The notes: generated by a model from the sequence alone, not told the origin. Shown: positions 19,692 through 29,445, counted from the first letter of the stretch. The stretch is 64,000 nt of DNA from Caulobacterales bacterium (GCA_044370335.1 JBILVS010000002.1:2908-66907), one strand, 5' to 3'. A program made the numbers and translations.

Positions 19692-20313
19692 TTAGATCGC
19701 CCAAAATGAAGATGTGAGCCCATGCCGTGCAAACAGCGTGCGGGCTTCATCCACTGGTCGTTTTCGCCACGGAGTTGCAAGGTACACTCCATACTGCTCC
19801 CGTGCGAACCCCCGCAGCCGGCAAATCATCATCACAGCGCCCTTCGGCAAGGCATGCCTTTCACACTCGGCGTCCGCTTCGGCTTCTGCATGGAAAGTCT
19901 GAAAAGAGGCGCAGGCGTGAATAACGTAGTCCCACCATGCCGCGACGGGGGTGGACAAATGAAAGATGGCGCTGGTGTGCGGGGGGGATTGCATCTGCGA
20001 TGCTATAGGTGACGGCTTCGGCCTCGTTGCCTGTTCGGGTGGTAATCACAGCGTCGCAGCGAAGAGCCGCCGCGATGCCAAAGCCGCAATAGAGGCAATT
20101 GGCCCAATAGCCGAGATGCTGCGTCTGAACCCAACACGATCCTGGCGAAAGCGCGAAGAGGTGAACCACCCAGGGCCGTGTTCGATTGGGATGCAGAAGG
20201 AGCGCGTGGCCCTCTTGGAGGCGACGAAGTCCGGCTTGGGTTTCTTCCGCGGTCTTGCCTACTTTGCGGGCGAGGGAGTGCAGGCTCGGAGCGTCCCCCG
20301 AGGCGGCGATCAT
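19692..20313 (-). pseudogene. Alkylmercury-lyase (MerB)-family gene, frameshifted at a C7 tract; antisense to the nuo operon
   Basis: The 150-aa ORF (20313 down to 19861) carries the MerB-family N-terminal half (...PWVVHLFALSP...YWANCLYCGFGIAAALRCDAVITT...). The 100-aa ORF (19994 down to 19692) carries the C-terminal half in another frame (FHLSTPVAAWWDYVIHACASF...GLTSSFWAI*). The two join at G7 19981-19987. The span is 622 nt (3n+1). Confidence 0.55.
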
Positions 20314-20555
20314 CCGGGTCTAAGCGCTGCGGATGGCGAAGTCGTCTTCGGTGATCATGGTGTCGGCTGTCCTCAAATCGGGGGAATGGTGGGCGGCGCT
20401 GCGATGCGGCCTTCTTGGGAGGTCCCGCATGCATGTAAGGGAATGCGCCGCGTGGTCTTGGGCCCCACACGTCGCCGGCGCCCGCGCCCCTAGACATTCC
20501 CCGCGCACCCATGCAGGAAACGCACGTCTTTCCAAGCTCGGAGCCCCTCGCCCCC

Positions 20556-21212
20556 ATGAGCGTTCGTCGCCTGGCCGCCAATCAACCGCCCAGCTTCGCT
20601 TTCAGCGCCGAGACGCTGGAGAAAGCCCGCTGGTGGATCGCGAAGTACCCCGAGAGCCGCTCGCAGTCGGCGGTGATCCCGCTGCTTTGGCTCGTCCAGA
20701 AGCAGGAGGGCTGGGTGTCGGAGCCCGCGATCCGGGCGATCGCGGAGATGCTCTCCATGCCGGTGATCCGGGTACTGGAGGTCGCGACCTTCTACACGAT
20801 GTTCCAACTGCACCCGGTGGGCAAATACCACCTCCAAGTCTGCGGGACGACGCCGTGCATGCTGCGGGGCGCCGAAGAGCTCAAAGCCGTGTGTAAGCGG
20901 CGTATCGGGCCTGCCTTCCAGGTGACGCCGGATGGGTTGTTCAGCTGGGAAGAGATGGAGTGCCTCGGCGCCTGCGTGAACGCGCCGGTGGTCGCCATCC
21001 ACGATTATTACCACGAGGACCTGACCGTCCAGGACCTGGAAGAACTGATCGATAAGCTCGCCCGGGGCGAGACCGTAAAGCCCGGCTCGGCCGTGGGCCG
21101 CCAGGCCAGCGCCCCCGAAGGGGGCACGGCCGTCCTGACCGATCGTACGCTTTATGACGGGTCTCTCGCGCAGGCCATCACCCTGCCGAACAAGCCGCGG
21201 AGCGGCGGCTGA
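20556..21212 (+). CDS. nuoE: NADH-quinone oxidoreductase subunit E
   Basis: 24-kDa subunit motifs: YPESRSQSAVIPLLWLVQKQEGW, VCGTTPCMLRGAEE, ECLGACVNAPV. Start at ATG 20556. Confidence 0.95.
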   Translation: MSVRRLAANQPPSFAFSAETLEKARWWIAKYPESRSQSAVIPLLWLVQKQEGWVSEPAIRAIAEMLSMPVIRVLEVATFYTMFQLHPVGKYHLQVCGTTPCMLRGAEELKAVCKRRIGPAFQVTPDGLFSWEEMECLGACVNAPVVAIHDYYHEDLTVQDLEELIDKLARGETVKPGSAVGRQASAPEGGTAVLTDRTLYDGSLAQAITLPNKPRSGG

Positions 21213-21415
21213 TGGCCGATCCCGAACGCAACCCCAGGTCAGCGCCCAACCAACGCCTCGCCATCGGCGGGGCTGTCATCTTGGTCATCATCGCTGCCGG
21301 CGCGGTGTTGAGCACCGCGCTGAACCAGCCAGGTTACGGCTTGGCGGCCGCCGGCGTGGGCGTGGTGGCCCTGTTCATGCTGATCGCCCGCGCCAAACGG
21401 GAGCAGGGCAAGTGA
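21212..21415 (+). CDS. Small 2-TM membrane protein (67 aa), URF between nuoE and nuoF
   Basis: The ATG shares one base with the nuoE TGA (TGATG). Two hydrophobic helices (IGGAVILVIIAAGAVL, AAAGVGVVALFMLIA). High GC3. Confidence 0.55.
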   Translation: MADPERNPRSAPNQRLAIGGAVILVIIAAGAVLSTALNQPGYGLAAAGVGVVALFMLIARAKREQGK

Positions 21416-21678
21416 GCGAGGACCCGCAGCGCCCCTCTTGGGTGGCGAAGCCTCGGCTCCCCACCGATCCGGCGATTTCACCTGGCGGCGGACAGGGGGC
21501 GAAGGCCGCCGTTTTGGTGATCTATGGGCTCGCCTTTTTTGGCATGGCGGGCGCGGCGGCGTACATGACCATCTCCCGCGGGTTCGCGTTCACGCAGCCG
21601 CAGGTGCTGATTCCGACCATGGGCTCTTTGTGGTTTCTGGTGCGGATTATCATGGTGGCAAGGCCTAAGCCGCGATGA
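21412..21678 (+). CDS. Small 2-TM membrane protein (88 aa), URF
   Basis: The GTG start overlaps the preceding stop (GTGA). Helices are AAVLVIYGLAFFGMAGAAAYM and MGSLWFLVRIIMV. High GC3. The start codon choice is inferred. Confidence 0.45.
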   Translation: MSEDPQRPSWVAKPRLPTDPAISPGGGQGAKAAVLVIYGLAFFGMAGAAAYMTISRGFAFTQPQVLIPTMGSLWFLVRIIMVARPKPR

Positions 21679-21875
21679 GCCAAAGGCCGACCCGCAAGCC
21701 GCTGCTGCAGGCGATTTTGGCCCTGGTGCTGTTCGGCAACGCGGCCGTTTTTGCGATGCCCGCTTTTGTCGGGCAATCGCTCAAAGGGTGGGAAATTGGC
21801 GTTGTCGTTATTTTGGCGGCGCTTGGCGTCGCGTTCGGCATTGCCGGATTGAAAGGCCTGCGGAGCGCAGGCTAA
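21675..21875 (+). CDS. Small 2-TM membrane protein (66 aa), URF
   Basis: ATGA overlap with the preceding ORF. Helices are LLQAILALVLFGNAAVFAM and IGVVVILAALGVAFGIAGL. Ends 30 nt before nuoF. Confidence 0.55.
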   Translation: MSQRPTRKPLLQAILALVLFGNAAVFAMPAFVGQSLKGWEIGVVVILAALGVAFGIAGLKGLRSAG

Positions 21876-21905
21876 GTGCGGACGTCGAGACGATAGGTAA
21901 CGGAC

Positions 21906-23216
21906 ATGCTCGGGGACAAGGATCGCATCTTTCTCAATCTCTATGGCGCCCAGGACTGGCGCTTGGAGGCCGCGAAGAAGCGCGGGGCGTGGAACGCGAC
22001 GAAAGACATGATCGATTGCGGCCGCGACTGGATCATCCAGCAGGTCAAGGATTCGGGGCTCCGGGGCCGGGGCGGAGCGGGGTTCCCCACAGGCCTCAAG
22101 TGGTCCTTCATGCCGAAAGAGGTGAAGGACCGGCCTCATTACCTCGTTGTGAACGCCGACGAATCAGAGCCTGGCACCTGCAAAGACCGCGATATGATGC
22201 GGCATGACCCGCATCTGTTGATCGAAGGTTGCCTGATCGCCTCGTTCTGCATGCAGGCGCATGCGGCCTACATCTACATCCGCGGCGAATATGTCTGGGA
22301 GCGCGAGATCCTCGAGGCCGCGATCAAGGAGGCTTACGAGGCCAAGCTGATCGGCAAGAACAACGTCCATGGCTGGGATTTCGACCTTTACGTTCACCAC
22401 GGCGCCGGCGCCTACATTTGCGGGGAAGAAACGGCCCTTTTGGAAAGTCTTGAGGGCAAAAAAGGCCAGCCGCGCCTGAAGCCGCCTTTCCCCGCAAACG
22501 CGGGGCTCTATGGCTGCCCCACCACCGTGAACAACGTCGAATCGATCGCGGTGGTGCCCACGATCCTGCGCCGCGGCGCGAAGTGGTTCGCCTCGTTCGG
22601 CCGTGCGAACAACACCGGGACGAAGGTCTACTGCGTGTCCGGCCATGTGAACCGGCCCTGCAACATCGAAGAGGCCATGAGCATCCCGCTCAAGGAGCTG
22701 ATCGAGGTGCATTGCGGGGGGGTCCGCGGCGGTTGGGGCAACCTCAAGGCGGTGATCCCCGGCGGATCGTCCGTGCCGCTGTTGCCGGCGGATATCTGTG
22801 AAACGGTCCTGATGGATTTCGACGCCCTGCGTGAGGTGAAATCAGGCCTCGGCACCGCCGCCGTCATTGTCATGGATCAGAGCGCAGACGTCGTCAAAGC
22901 GATCGCCCGGATCTCCTATTTCTACAAACATGAGAGCTGCGGCCAATGCACGCCCTGCCGGGAAGGCACGGGCTGGATGTGGCGCGTGCTGGAACGGATG
23001 GCGGTGGGTGAGGCCGAGCACCGCGAAATCGACCTGCTCTTGGATGTCGCGGGCCAAGTCGAGGGCCACACGATATGCGCCCTGGGCGACGCCGCGGCTT
23101 GGCCGGTGCAGGGCCTGATCCGCCACTTCCGCCACGAGATCGAAGCCCGGATCGACCGCTATCGCGCCGCCAAGGGCATCCATGCAGTAAAAACCCCGCA
23201 GGTGGCGGCGGAGTAG
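21906..23216 (+). CDS. nuoF: NADH-quinone oxidoreductase subunit F
   Basis: 51-kDa subunit motifs: [50 protein letters not shown]. Confidence 0.95.
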   Translation: MLGDKDRIFLNLYGAQDWRLEAAKKRGAWNATKDMIDCGRDWIIQQVKDSGLRGRGGAGFPTGLKWSFMPKEVKDRPHYLVVNADESEPGTCKDRDMMRHDPHLLIEGCLIASFCMQAHAAYIYIRGEYVWEREILEAAIKEAYEAKLIGKNNVHGWDFDLYVHHGAGAYICGEETALLESLEGKKGQPRLKPPFPANAGLYGCPTTVNNVESIAVVPTILRRGAKWFASFGRANNTGTKVYCVSGHVNRPCNIEEAMSIPLKELIEVHCGGVRGGWGNLKAVIPGGSSVPLLPADICETVLMDFDALREVKSGLGTAAVIVMDQSADVVKAIARISYFYKHESCGQCTPCREGTGWMWRVLERMAVGEAEHREIDLLLDVAGQVEGHTICALGDAAAWPVQGLIRHFRHEIEARIDRYRAAKGIHAVKTPQVAAE

Positions 23217-23221
23217 GGCCA

Positions 23222-23629
23222 ATGATCGCCGAGCCTGCCCTGGAAGGTGCGACCGAGCGGGCTCTCAAGCCTCTGTTGTTTTCGAAGTTTGAGCGGCGAC
23301 TTCGTCGCGCGGAGTTAGGCGCCTATGTCGCGACGATGGTTTCGACCATGGTCGCAGTCGTCGCGATCATCGGGGCGGTGCGGCAGATGGGCGAGGCCCG
23401 CAAAATCGAGCGGGAAGCCACAGCCTATGAAGCGTTTGACGCCTATCTGCGCCTCGCTCTGGAGTGTCTGCAGCTGAGTTGCCGCAGCACCCAGCCGCAA
23501 TACGGGGCGATCATCGCCGATGAGACCGCAGCCCTGCGGCAGAGCTTCTTCTTCGGCGTCATGCTGAGCGCCGCCGAACACATCCTGCAGGCGCGCCGCA
23601 ATGACGATTATTGGCGGGATGGCGTTTAG
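23222..23629 (+). CDS. Hypothetical N-terminally membrane-anchored protein (135 aa); the frame stays coding-like past its TAG
   Basis: ATG lies 5 nt after the nuoF stop. One TM helix (YVATMVSTMVAVVAIIGAV). After TAG 23627-23629 the same frame runs 52 more codons at about 75% GC3 to TGA 23786-23788. Confidence 0.5.
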   Translation: MIAEPALEGATERALKPLLFSKFERRLRRAELGAYVATMVSTMVAVVAIIGAVRQMGEARKIEREATAYEAFDAYLRLALECLQLSCRSTQPQYGAIIADETAALRQSFFFGVMLSAAEHILQARRNDDYWRDGV

Positions 23630-23799
23630 AACAACTCGGCCTACCATGAGCCCGCTCTGAGGCAAATGGTGCTCGCCACGGGCGGTCATTTCCAATTCTC
23701 GTGTCAGTTGCGGGACGAGATGAGCCTCTTTCTGGAAGACCCTGTCGTCGCCTTTACCCAGAAGGAGTGGCGAGCCAACAGGACATGAATGGAGCTGGC

Positions 23800-24096
23800 A
23801 TGAGGCACTTTCTCCTGATTTACGAAGCGGACGCCGATTATGCGGAGAAGCGCGCTCCGTATCGGGGGGCGCACTTGGCTCTAGCAAAAGAAGCCGCAGC
23901 CCGGGGCGAGCTGCTCGCCGCCGGCGCTCTGACCGAGCCTGTCGACACAAGCGTGCTCCTGTTCCAGGGTGAAGCGCCAGAGGCGGCCATCGCCTTCGCT
24001 CAGGCAGACCCTTATGTCATCCAAGGCGTCGTGCGGTCCTGGCGGGTCCGGGAATGGGCGACCGTGGTGGGGCCTTTGGCCGCCAACCCAGTGTAA
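23800..24096 (+). CDS. YciI-family protein (98 aa)
   Basis: MRHFLLIYEADADYAEKRAPYRGAHLALAKEA...GELLAAGAL...DPYVIQGVV..W.VREW matches the YciI-like fold pattern. GGAG sits 5 nt upstream of ATG 23800. Confidence 0.7.
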   Translation: MRHFLLIYEADADYAEKRAPYRGAHLALAKEAAARGELLAAGALTEPVDTSVLLFQGEAPEAAIAFAQADPYVIQGVVRSWRVREWATVVGPLAANPV

Positions 24097-24145
24097 TCGG
24101 AGCTGCGCCGAAGCGCCGCGTGCGTCCTGCGCTGTGATCCAGGCC

Positions 24146-24553
24146 ATGCTGACGGCCATGATCGCCAATCTCGCCATGGCGACCTTCATGGTCGGCGTCA
24201 CTGTCACCATCCACTTCTTCGGTCTGCTTCTGCTCTTGCGGGCGCTGCGTTGGAGGGGCGGCCGCTTCCTGGCCCGCCGGAGCGTTGTGGGGCAGGGGGC
24301 TTTGGTGCTGTTCGTGGTGTTTGGTGTTTTCTCCATTCACACTGTGGAATTTTGACTTTATGCGGCGGCCTTCATGGCCGTGGGCGCTTTGGATGCGTTG
24401 GAGCAGGCGCTTTACCTCTCCGCGATGAACGTCGCGTCCCTGGGGTATGGAGGCATCCTTTTGAGCTCCGACTGGCGTTTCTTTGGCGCAATCGAAACAA
24501 CCAATGGCGTCATCCTCTTTGCGTGGTCCGCCGCGTTTCTCTTTCCGGGATGA
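24146..24553 (+). pseudogene. Two-TM ion-channel-like (Ion_trans_2 type) gene with an in-frame TGA
   Basis: ATG 24146 ... HTVEF-TGA(24353-24355)-LYAAAFMAVGALDALEQALYLSAMNVASLGYGGILLSSDWRFFGAIETTNGVILFAWSAAFLFPG*. A pore-helix/filter-like motif (SLGYGG) lies downstream of the stop in the same frame. 136 codons in total. Confidence 0.5.
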
Positions 24554-24700
24554 CCCTGCTGAAGACGCTGGAGCACAACTGGCTTGAGCGTGACGACTGA
24601 CGATGTCGCCTAACATCAGTTTTGCGCCGCTTGTGGGCGCCGGGCCCTCTTGCGCCTGGGCGCAAGCTCGGCCATCAGCTTTGCCTCAAAGGAATGGGCG

Positions 24701-26797
24701 ATGGCGAAGATTCTCGTCGACGGCGTGGAAGTGGACGTGCCGGCTGAATACACGCTTCTGCAGGCGTGTGAGGCGGCGGGAGCGGAAATCCCGCGGTTTT
24801 GTTACCATGAACGGCTCTCTATCGCCGGTAATTGCCGGATGTGTCTGGTCGAGCTCAAGGGCGCACCAAAGCCCGTGGCGAGCTGCGCCTGGGGCGTGAA
24901 GGACTGCCGCCCCGGACCGAACGGCGAGCCGCCGGAGGTGTTCACCAAAACCCCCGTCGTCAAAAAGGCGCGGGAAGGGGTGATGGAGTTTCTGCTCATC
25001 AACCACCCGCTCGACTGCCCAATCTGCGACCAGGGTGGGGAATGCGACCTGCAGGACCAGTCCATCGCCTATGGTCGCGGCGGCACGCGGTTCGACGAGA
25101 ACAAGCGCGCGGTTGAAGAAAAATACATGGGGCCGTTGGTCAAAACGGTGATGACCCGCTGTATCCAGTGCACCCGCTGCGTGCGGTTTGCAACCGAAGT
25201 GGCCGGCGTGCCCGAGATCGGCGCCACGGGCCGCGGCGAGGACATGGAGATCACGACTTATCTCGAACAGGCGCTATCGAGCGAGCTGTCCGCCAACGTG
25301 ATCGACTTGTGCCCGGTGGGCGCTTTGACCTCCAAGCCTTACGCCTTCAACGCGCGGCCTTGGGAACTGAAGAAAACCGAATCGGTCGACGTCATGGATG
25401 CGGTGGGCGCCAATATCCGGGTCGACGCCCGGGGGCCGGAGGTGCTCCGGGTGCTGCCGCGACTGAACGAAGAGATCAACGAGGAGTGGATCTCCGACAA
25501 GACCCGCTACGCCGAAGACGGCCTGAAGCGGCAACGGTTGGATCAGCCCTTCGTGCGCAAGGACGGCAAGTTGACCCCGGTCAGCTGGGACGAGGCTTTG
25601 GCGGCCGCCGCGAAGGCCCTGAGCGGCGATCCCGCCCGCATTGGCGCGCTGGCCGGCGATCTCGCCTGCACTGAAAGCATGAAGGCGACCCTCGACCTGA
25701 TGAAGGCTCTGGGCGTTTCAAATCTCGATTGCCGGGTCGACGGGGCGAAGCTCTCCACCGGCCTGCGGCAGGGGTATCTGTTCAACACCACGATCATGGG
25801 CATTGAGGACGCCGACGCGATCCTTCTGGTCGGGACCAATCCGCGCCTCGAAGCGCCTCTTATCAATGCGCGCATCCGCAAAGCCTGGCTGCGCAAACCC
25901 CTGGCCATCGGGGTGATCGGCGAAGCGGTCGATCTGACCTACCGCTATGCGCATCTGGGCGCAGGACCCTCATCTCTTGCGGAGTTGGCGGCTGGCCGCG
26001 GCTCCTTCTTTGAAACGCTCAGAGGTGCGAAGCGACCGATGATCATCATCGGGCAGGGCGCATTGACCCGAGACGATGGCGCGCAGGTACTGCGGCTCGC
26101 GGGTGGGCTTGCGGCGGCCGCCGGCCTCGTGAAGGCCGAAGAAGGCTGGAACGGGTTCAACGTGCTGCACACCGCGGCGGCTCGGGTTGCGGGCCTTGAT
26201 CTGGGATTTGCCACCGGAAAGACTGCGGCCGAACAGATCGCCGCGGCCAATTCCGGCCAACTCGACACGCTCCTGCTGCTCGGCGTTGACGAAATCGAGC
26301 TGCCGCGAGCCGGCGCGACGGTGATCTACATCGGCTCGCACGGGGATCGCGGCGCGCACCGGGCGGACATCATCCTGCCTGGCGCGGCCTACACCGAAAA
26401 GCACGCGACCTGGGTCAACACCGAAGGCCGGGTCCAATTCGGCCGTCGGGCGGCTTTCCCGAAAGGGAAAGCGCGGGACGATTGGGCGATCTTGCGCGCG
26501 CTTTCGGACCGGGTTGGCAAAACGCTGCCCTACAACGACTTGGTGGCCTTGCGCGCCAAGATGATGGCCGATCACCCGACCTTTGCCGGCGTTGATTACG
26601 CTCCCGGCGCGCAAGGCTCGGAAAGCTTCGATCCTGCAACCCTTGGCTCTGATGGGCCGGTCAGCGACGCGGCCTTCGCAAGCCCGATCGAAGACTTCTA
26701 CCTAACCAACCCCATTGCGCGGGCCAGTGCGACGATGGCGGCATGCAGCGAGGCGGCCAAAACCCGCTGGACCGCGCATCGCACGGCGGCGGAGTAA
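24701..26797 (+). CDS. nuoG: NADH-quinone oxidoreductase subunit G
   Basis: 75-kDa subunit motifs: [50 protein letters not shown]. Start at ATG 24701. Confidence 0.95.
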   Translation: MAKILVDGVEVDVPAEYTLLQACEAAGAEIPRFCYHERLSIAGNCRMCLVELKGAPKPVASCAWGVKDCRPGPNGEPPEVFTKTPVVKKAREGVMEFLLINHPLDCPICDQGGECDLQDQSIAYGRGGTRFDENKRAVEEKYMGPLVKTVMTRCIQCTRCVRFATEVAGVPEIGATGRGEDMEITTYLEQALSSELSANVIDLCPVGALTSKPYAFNARPWELKKTESVDVMDAVGANIRVDARGPEVLRVLPRLNEEINEEWISDKTRYAEDGLKRQRLDQPFVRKDGKLTPVSWDEALAAAAKALSGDPARIGALAGDLACTESMKATLDLMKALGVSNLDCRVDGAKLSTGLRQGYLFNTTIMGIEDADAILLVGTNPRLEAPLINARIRKAWLRKPLAIGVIGEAVDLTYRYAHLGAGPSSLAELAAGRGSFFETLRGAKRPMIIIGQGALTRDDGAQVLRLAGGLAAAAGLVKAEEGWNGFNVLHTAAARVAGLDLGFATGKTAAEQIAAANSGQLDTLLLLGVDEIELPRAGATVIYIGSHGDRGAHRADIILPGAAYTEKHATWVNTEGRVQFGRRAAFPKGKARDDWAILRALSDRVGKTLPYNDLVALRAKMMADHPTFAGVDYAPGAQGSESFDPATLGSDGPVSDAAFASPIEDFYLTNPIARASATMAACSEAAKTRWTAHRTAAE

Positions 26798-26802
26798 CGG
26801 CA

Positions 26803-27903
26803 ATGGCGGGTTTTGTAGCCGAGTTCGGCCCCCTGTGGGGCACGCTTTTGGCGGTGGCGCAGGTCTTGGCCGTGATGGTCATGCTGCTGTTGACGCTCGC
26901 CTTCATCCTGCTATTCGACCGCAAGGTGTGGGCGGCGGTGCAGATGCGCAAAGGGCCCAATGTGGTGGGCCCGTTCGGCCTGCTTCAGTCCTTCGCGGAC
27001 TTTTTCAAGTTCGTTTTCAAAGAGATTGTGATCCCAGCAGGGGCCAATAAGACGGTGTTCATCCTGGCGCCGCTGATGACGCTGGTGTTGGCGTTTGCGG
27101 CATGGGCCGTCGTGCCGATAGCGCCGGGCTGGGTGATCTCGGACCTGAATGTCGGGATTTTGTACCTTTTCGCGATTTCCTCGCTCGGCGTTTACGGCAT
27201 CATCATGGGAGGATGGGCTTCGAACTCGAAGTATCCCTTCCTCGGCTCGCTCCGGTCCGCGGCCCAGATGGTGTCCTACGAGGTCTCCATCGGCTTTGTG
27301 ATCATCACAGTGCTGCTGCTCGTCGGCTCGATGAACCTGACGGCCATTGTCGACAACCAGGCCGGGGGTATCTGGGAATGGCACGCCTTTGCGTGGCCCA
27401 CCGTCTTCATCATGTTCCCGATGTTCGTGATCTTTTTCATCTCGGCGCTGGCGGAGACGAACCGGCCGCCTTTCGATTTGCCGGAAGCGGAATCCGAACT
27501 CGTGGCGGGCTACCAAGTGGAATACAGCTCCACCCCGTACCTGCTCTTCATGATCGGGGAATATCTCAACATCGTGCTGATGTGCGCGATGATCTCCATC
27601 CTGTTCCTGGGCGGCTGGCATCTGCCATGGGGGCCGATCGAGAGCCTGCCGCTGCCTGGCTGGGCCATTCCCTTCGCCGGCTTCTTGGTGCTCTACGCCA
27701 AAATCTGGTTTGTGTTCTTTCTGTTCGCGATGGTGAAGGCGATCGTGCCTCGCTACCGCTACGACCAGTTGATGCGGCTGGGTTGGAAGGTGTTTCTGCC
27801 CACCGCTTTGATCGCCGTGATCGCGGTGGGCGCCTATCGCGTGCACGAAGTGGCGGCTGAACGCGCTATGCCCGCCGCTATCTCTGAACCGACGGGAGGC
27901 TGA
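26803..27903 (+). CDS. nuoH: NADH-quinone oxidoreductase subunit H
   Basis: [72 protein letters not shown]. Start at ATG 26803. Confidence 0.95.
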   Translation: MAGFVAEFGPLWGTLLAVAQVLAVMVMLLLTLAFILLFDRKVWAAVQMRKGPNVVGPFGLLQSFADFFKFVFKEIVIPAGANKTVFILAPLMTLVLAFAAWAVVPIAPGWVISDLNVGILYLFAISSLGVYGIIMGGWASNSKYPFLGSLRSAAQMVSYEVSIGFVIITVLLLVGSMNLTAIVDNQAGGIWEWHAFAWPTVFIMFPMFVIFFISALAETNRPPFDLPEAESELVAGYQVEYSSTPYLLFMIGEYLNIVLMCAMISILFLGGWHLPWGPIESLPLPGWAIPFAGFLVLYAKIWFVFFLFAMVKAIVPRYRYDQLMRLGWKVFLPTALIAVIAVGAYRVHEVAAERAMPAAISEPTGG

Positions 27904-27909
27904 AGAGCC

Positions 27910-28398
27910 ATGTCGCGCATTCTGCAGGCGGCCAAAGCCGCCTTGATGTTGGACTTTCTTGGGGCCTTCGCCCTCGGGATGAAGAAGTTCGTCGAACGCA
28001 AACCGACCCTGAACTATCCTTATGAAAAAGGCCCGCTCAGCCCGCGCTTCCGCGGGGAGCACGCCTTGCGCCGTTACGCCAACGGCGAGGAACGGTGCAT
28101 CGCCTGCAAGCTCTGCGAGGCGATTTGCCCAGCCCAGGCCATCACCATTGAAGCCGAGCCGCGGGAAGACGGCAGCCGCCGGACCACGCGCTACGACATC
28201 GACATGGTGAAGTGCATCTATTGCGGCTTTTGCCAGGAGGCATGCCCTGTGGACGCCATTGTGGAAGGCCCGAATTTTGAGTTCGCTGCGGAGACGCGTG
28301 AAGAGCTCTACTACGACAAAGAACGGCTTTTAGCGAACGGCGATCGCTGGGAGCGGGAAATTGCGCGAAACCTCGAACTGGATGCGCCGTATCGGTAA
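27910..28398 (+). CDS. nuoI: NADH-quinone oxidoreductase subunit I
   Basis: Two 4Fe-4S ferredoxin motifs, [12 protein letters not shown] and [12 protein letters not shown]. Confidence 0.95.
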   Translation: MSRILQAAKAALMLDFLGAFALGMKKFVERKPTLNYPYEKGPLSPRFRGEHALRRYANGEERCIACKLCEAICPAQAITIEAEPREDGSRRTTRYDIDMVKCIYCGFCQEACPVDAIVEGPNFEFAAETREELYYDKERLLANGDRWEREIARNLELDAPYR

Positions 28399-28507
28399 AA
28401 GGCGCTCGACTTTAGGGGGTTTCTGAGCGAGGCACACGGCTTAAAGGGCACACGCCGCGGCGGGGTTTCCCCGGCGGTTTTTCCATAACCGAAGGGCTTT
28501 TTGGGGC

Positions 28508-29116
28508 ATGCTGGCGGGAATCGCATTTTACGCGCTTGCAGCGGTGGCGATCGTTTCGGCGCTTTGCGTCGTCTCGTCGCGCAACCCGGTGCACTCGGTT
28601 CTGTTCCTCATTCTGACGTTCTTCACCGCCGCGGGCCTGTTCGTGCTCATCGGGGCTGAGTTCCTCGCGATGCTTCTAGTGGTCGTCTATGTCGGGGCGG
28701 TTGCGGTGCTGTTTCTGTTTGTCGTGATGATGCTGGACGTCGATTTCGTCGAACTCAGACAGGGCTTTTTGAACTACCTGCCTCTGGGTGCGCTCGTTGC
28801 GCTGGTGCTGCTTGGGCAGATCGGCCTTGTGGCGAGCGCTGTGCTGCAGAACCAGGCTGTGCAGCTCAACCCTGACGCCACCGCCCAGCTGGCGCCGACC
28901 AACGCCGAAGCCATCGGGGCGGTGCTCTACACCCGCTATTTCCTAGTGTTCCAACTCTCCGGACTCGTGCTTTTCGTGGCGATGATCGGCGCGATCGTGC
29001 TCACGCTGCGGAGCCGCGTGGGCGTCAAGAAGCAAAGCGTGTCTCGGCAGGTGGGTCGTCGGCGACAGGACGCGGTCGGGCTCAAAGATGTGCGGCCGGG
29101 CCAGGGCTTGGGCTGA
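28508..29116 (+). CDS. nuoJ: NADH-quinone oxidoreductase subunit J
   Basis: [54 protein letters not shown]. Confidence 0.9.
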   Translation: MLAGIAFYALAAVAIVSALCVVSSRNPVHSVLFLILTFFTAAGLFVLIGAEFLAMLLVVVYVGAVAVLFLFVVMMLDVDFVELRQGFLNYLPLGALVALVLLGQIGLVASAVLQNQAVQLNPDATAQLAPTNAEAIGAVLYTRYFLVFQLSGLVLFVAMIGAIVLTLRSRVGVKKQSVSRQVGRRRQDAVGLKDVRPGQGLG

Positions 29117-29126
29117 GGGGGCGGTG

Positions 29127-29435
29127 ATGGATATCGGACTGGCCCACTACCTATTTGTGGCAGGCGCGCTGTTCACCATCGGGGTGTTCGGCATCTTCAT
29201 GAACCGCAAGAACGTGATTGTCATCTTGATGTCGATCGAGCTCGTGCTGCTCTCGGTGAACATCAACCTCGTTGCGTTCTCCGCCTTCCTCGGCAACATC
29301 GAAGGGCAGGTCTTCGCTATGCTTGTGTTGACCGTGGCGGCGGCGGAAGCCGCGATCGGTCTCGCCATCCTCGTCACCTATTTCCGGAACCGCGGCTCCA
29401 TCGCTGTGGAAGACATCAATCTGATGAAGGGCTGA
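29127..29435 (+). CDS. nuoK: NADH-quinone oxidoreductase subunit K
   Basis: 102 aa: [29 protein letters not shown]...[16 protein letters not shown]. Start at ATG 29127. Confidence 0.95.
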   Translation: MDIGLAHYLFVAGALFTIGVFGIFMNRKNVIVILMSIELVLLSVNINLVAFSAFLGNIEGQVFAMLVLTVAAAEAAIGLAILVTYFRNRGSIAVEDINLMKG

Positions 29436-29445
29436 GGGCCGCCGC

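Noticed and set aside
23701-23799. N-terminal extension of the YciI-like ORF (track start 23701)
   Set aside because: Low GC3, no Shine-Dalgarno, and it overlaps a better-scoring frame. ATG 23800 with GGAG upstream gives the canonical 98-aa YciI size.
24649-24666. 7-bp hairpin cttgcgc-ctgg-gcgcaag 35 nt upstream of nuoG
   Set aside because: Small, with no U-tract and no recognisable motif. Such hairpins are frequent by chance in GC-rich spacers.
28455-28482. Short GC hairpin followed by T5 between nuoI and nuoJ (possible intra-operon terminator)
   Set aside because: Only about 5 contiguous base pairs (cgggg/ccccg) with a 3-nt loop, and the outer pairing needs several bulges. This is too weak to call, and termination here would uncouple essential nuo genes.
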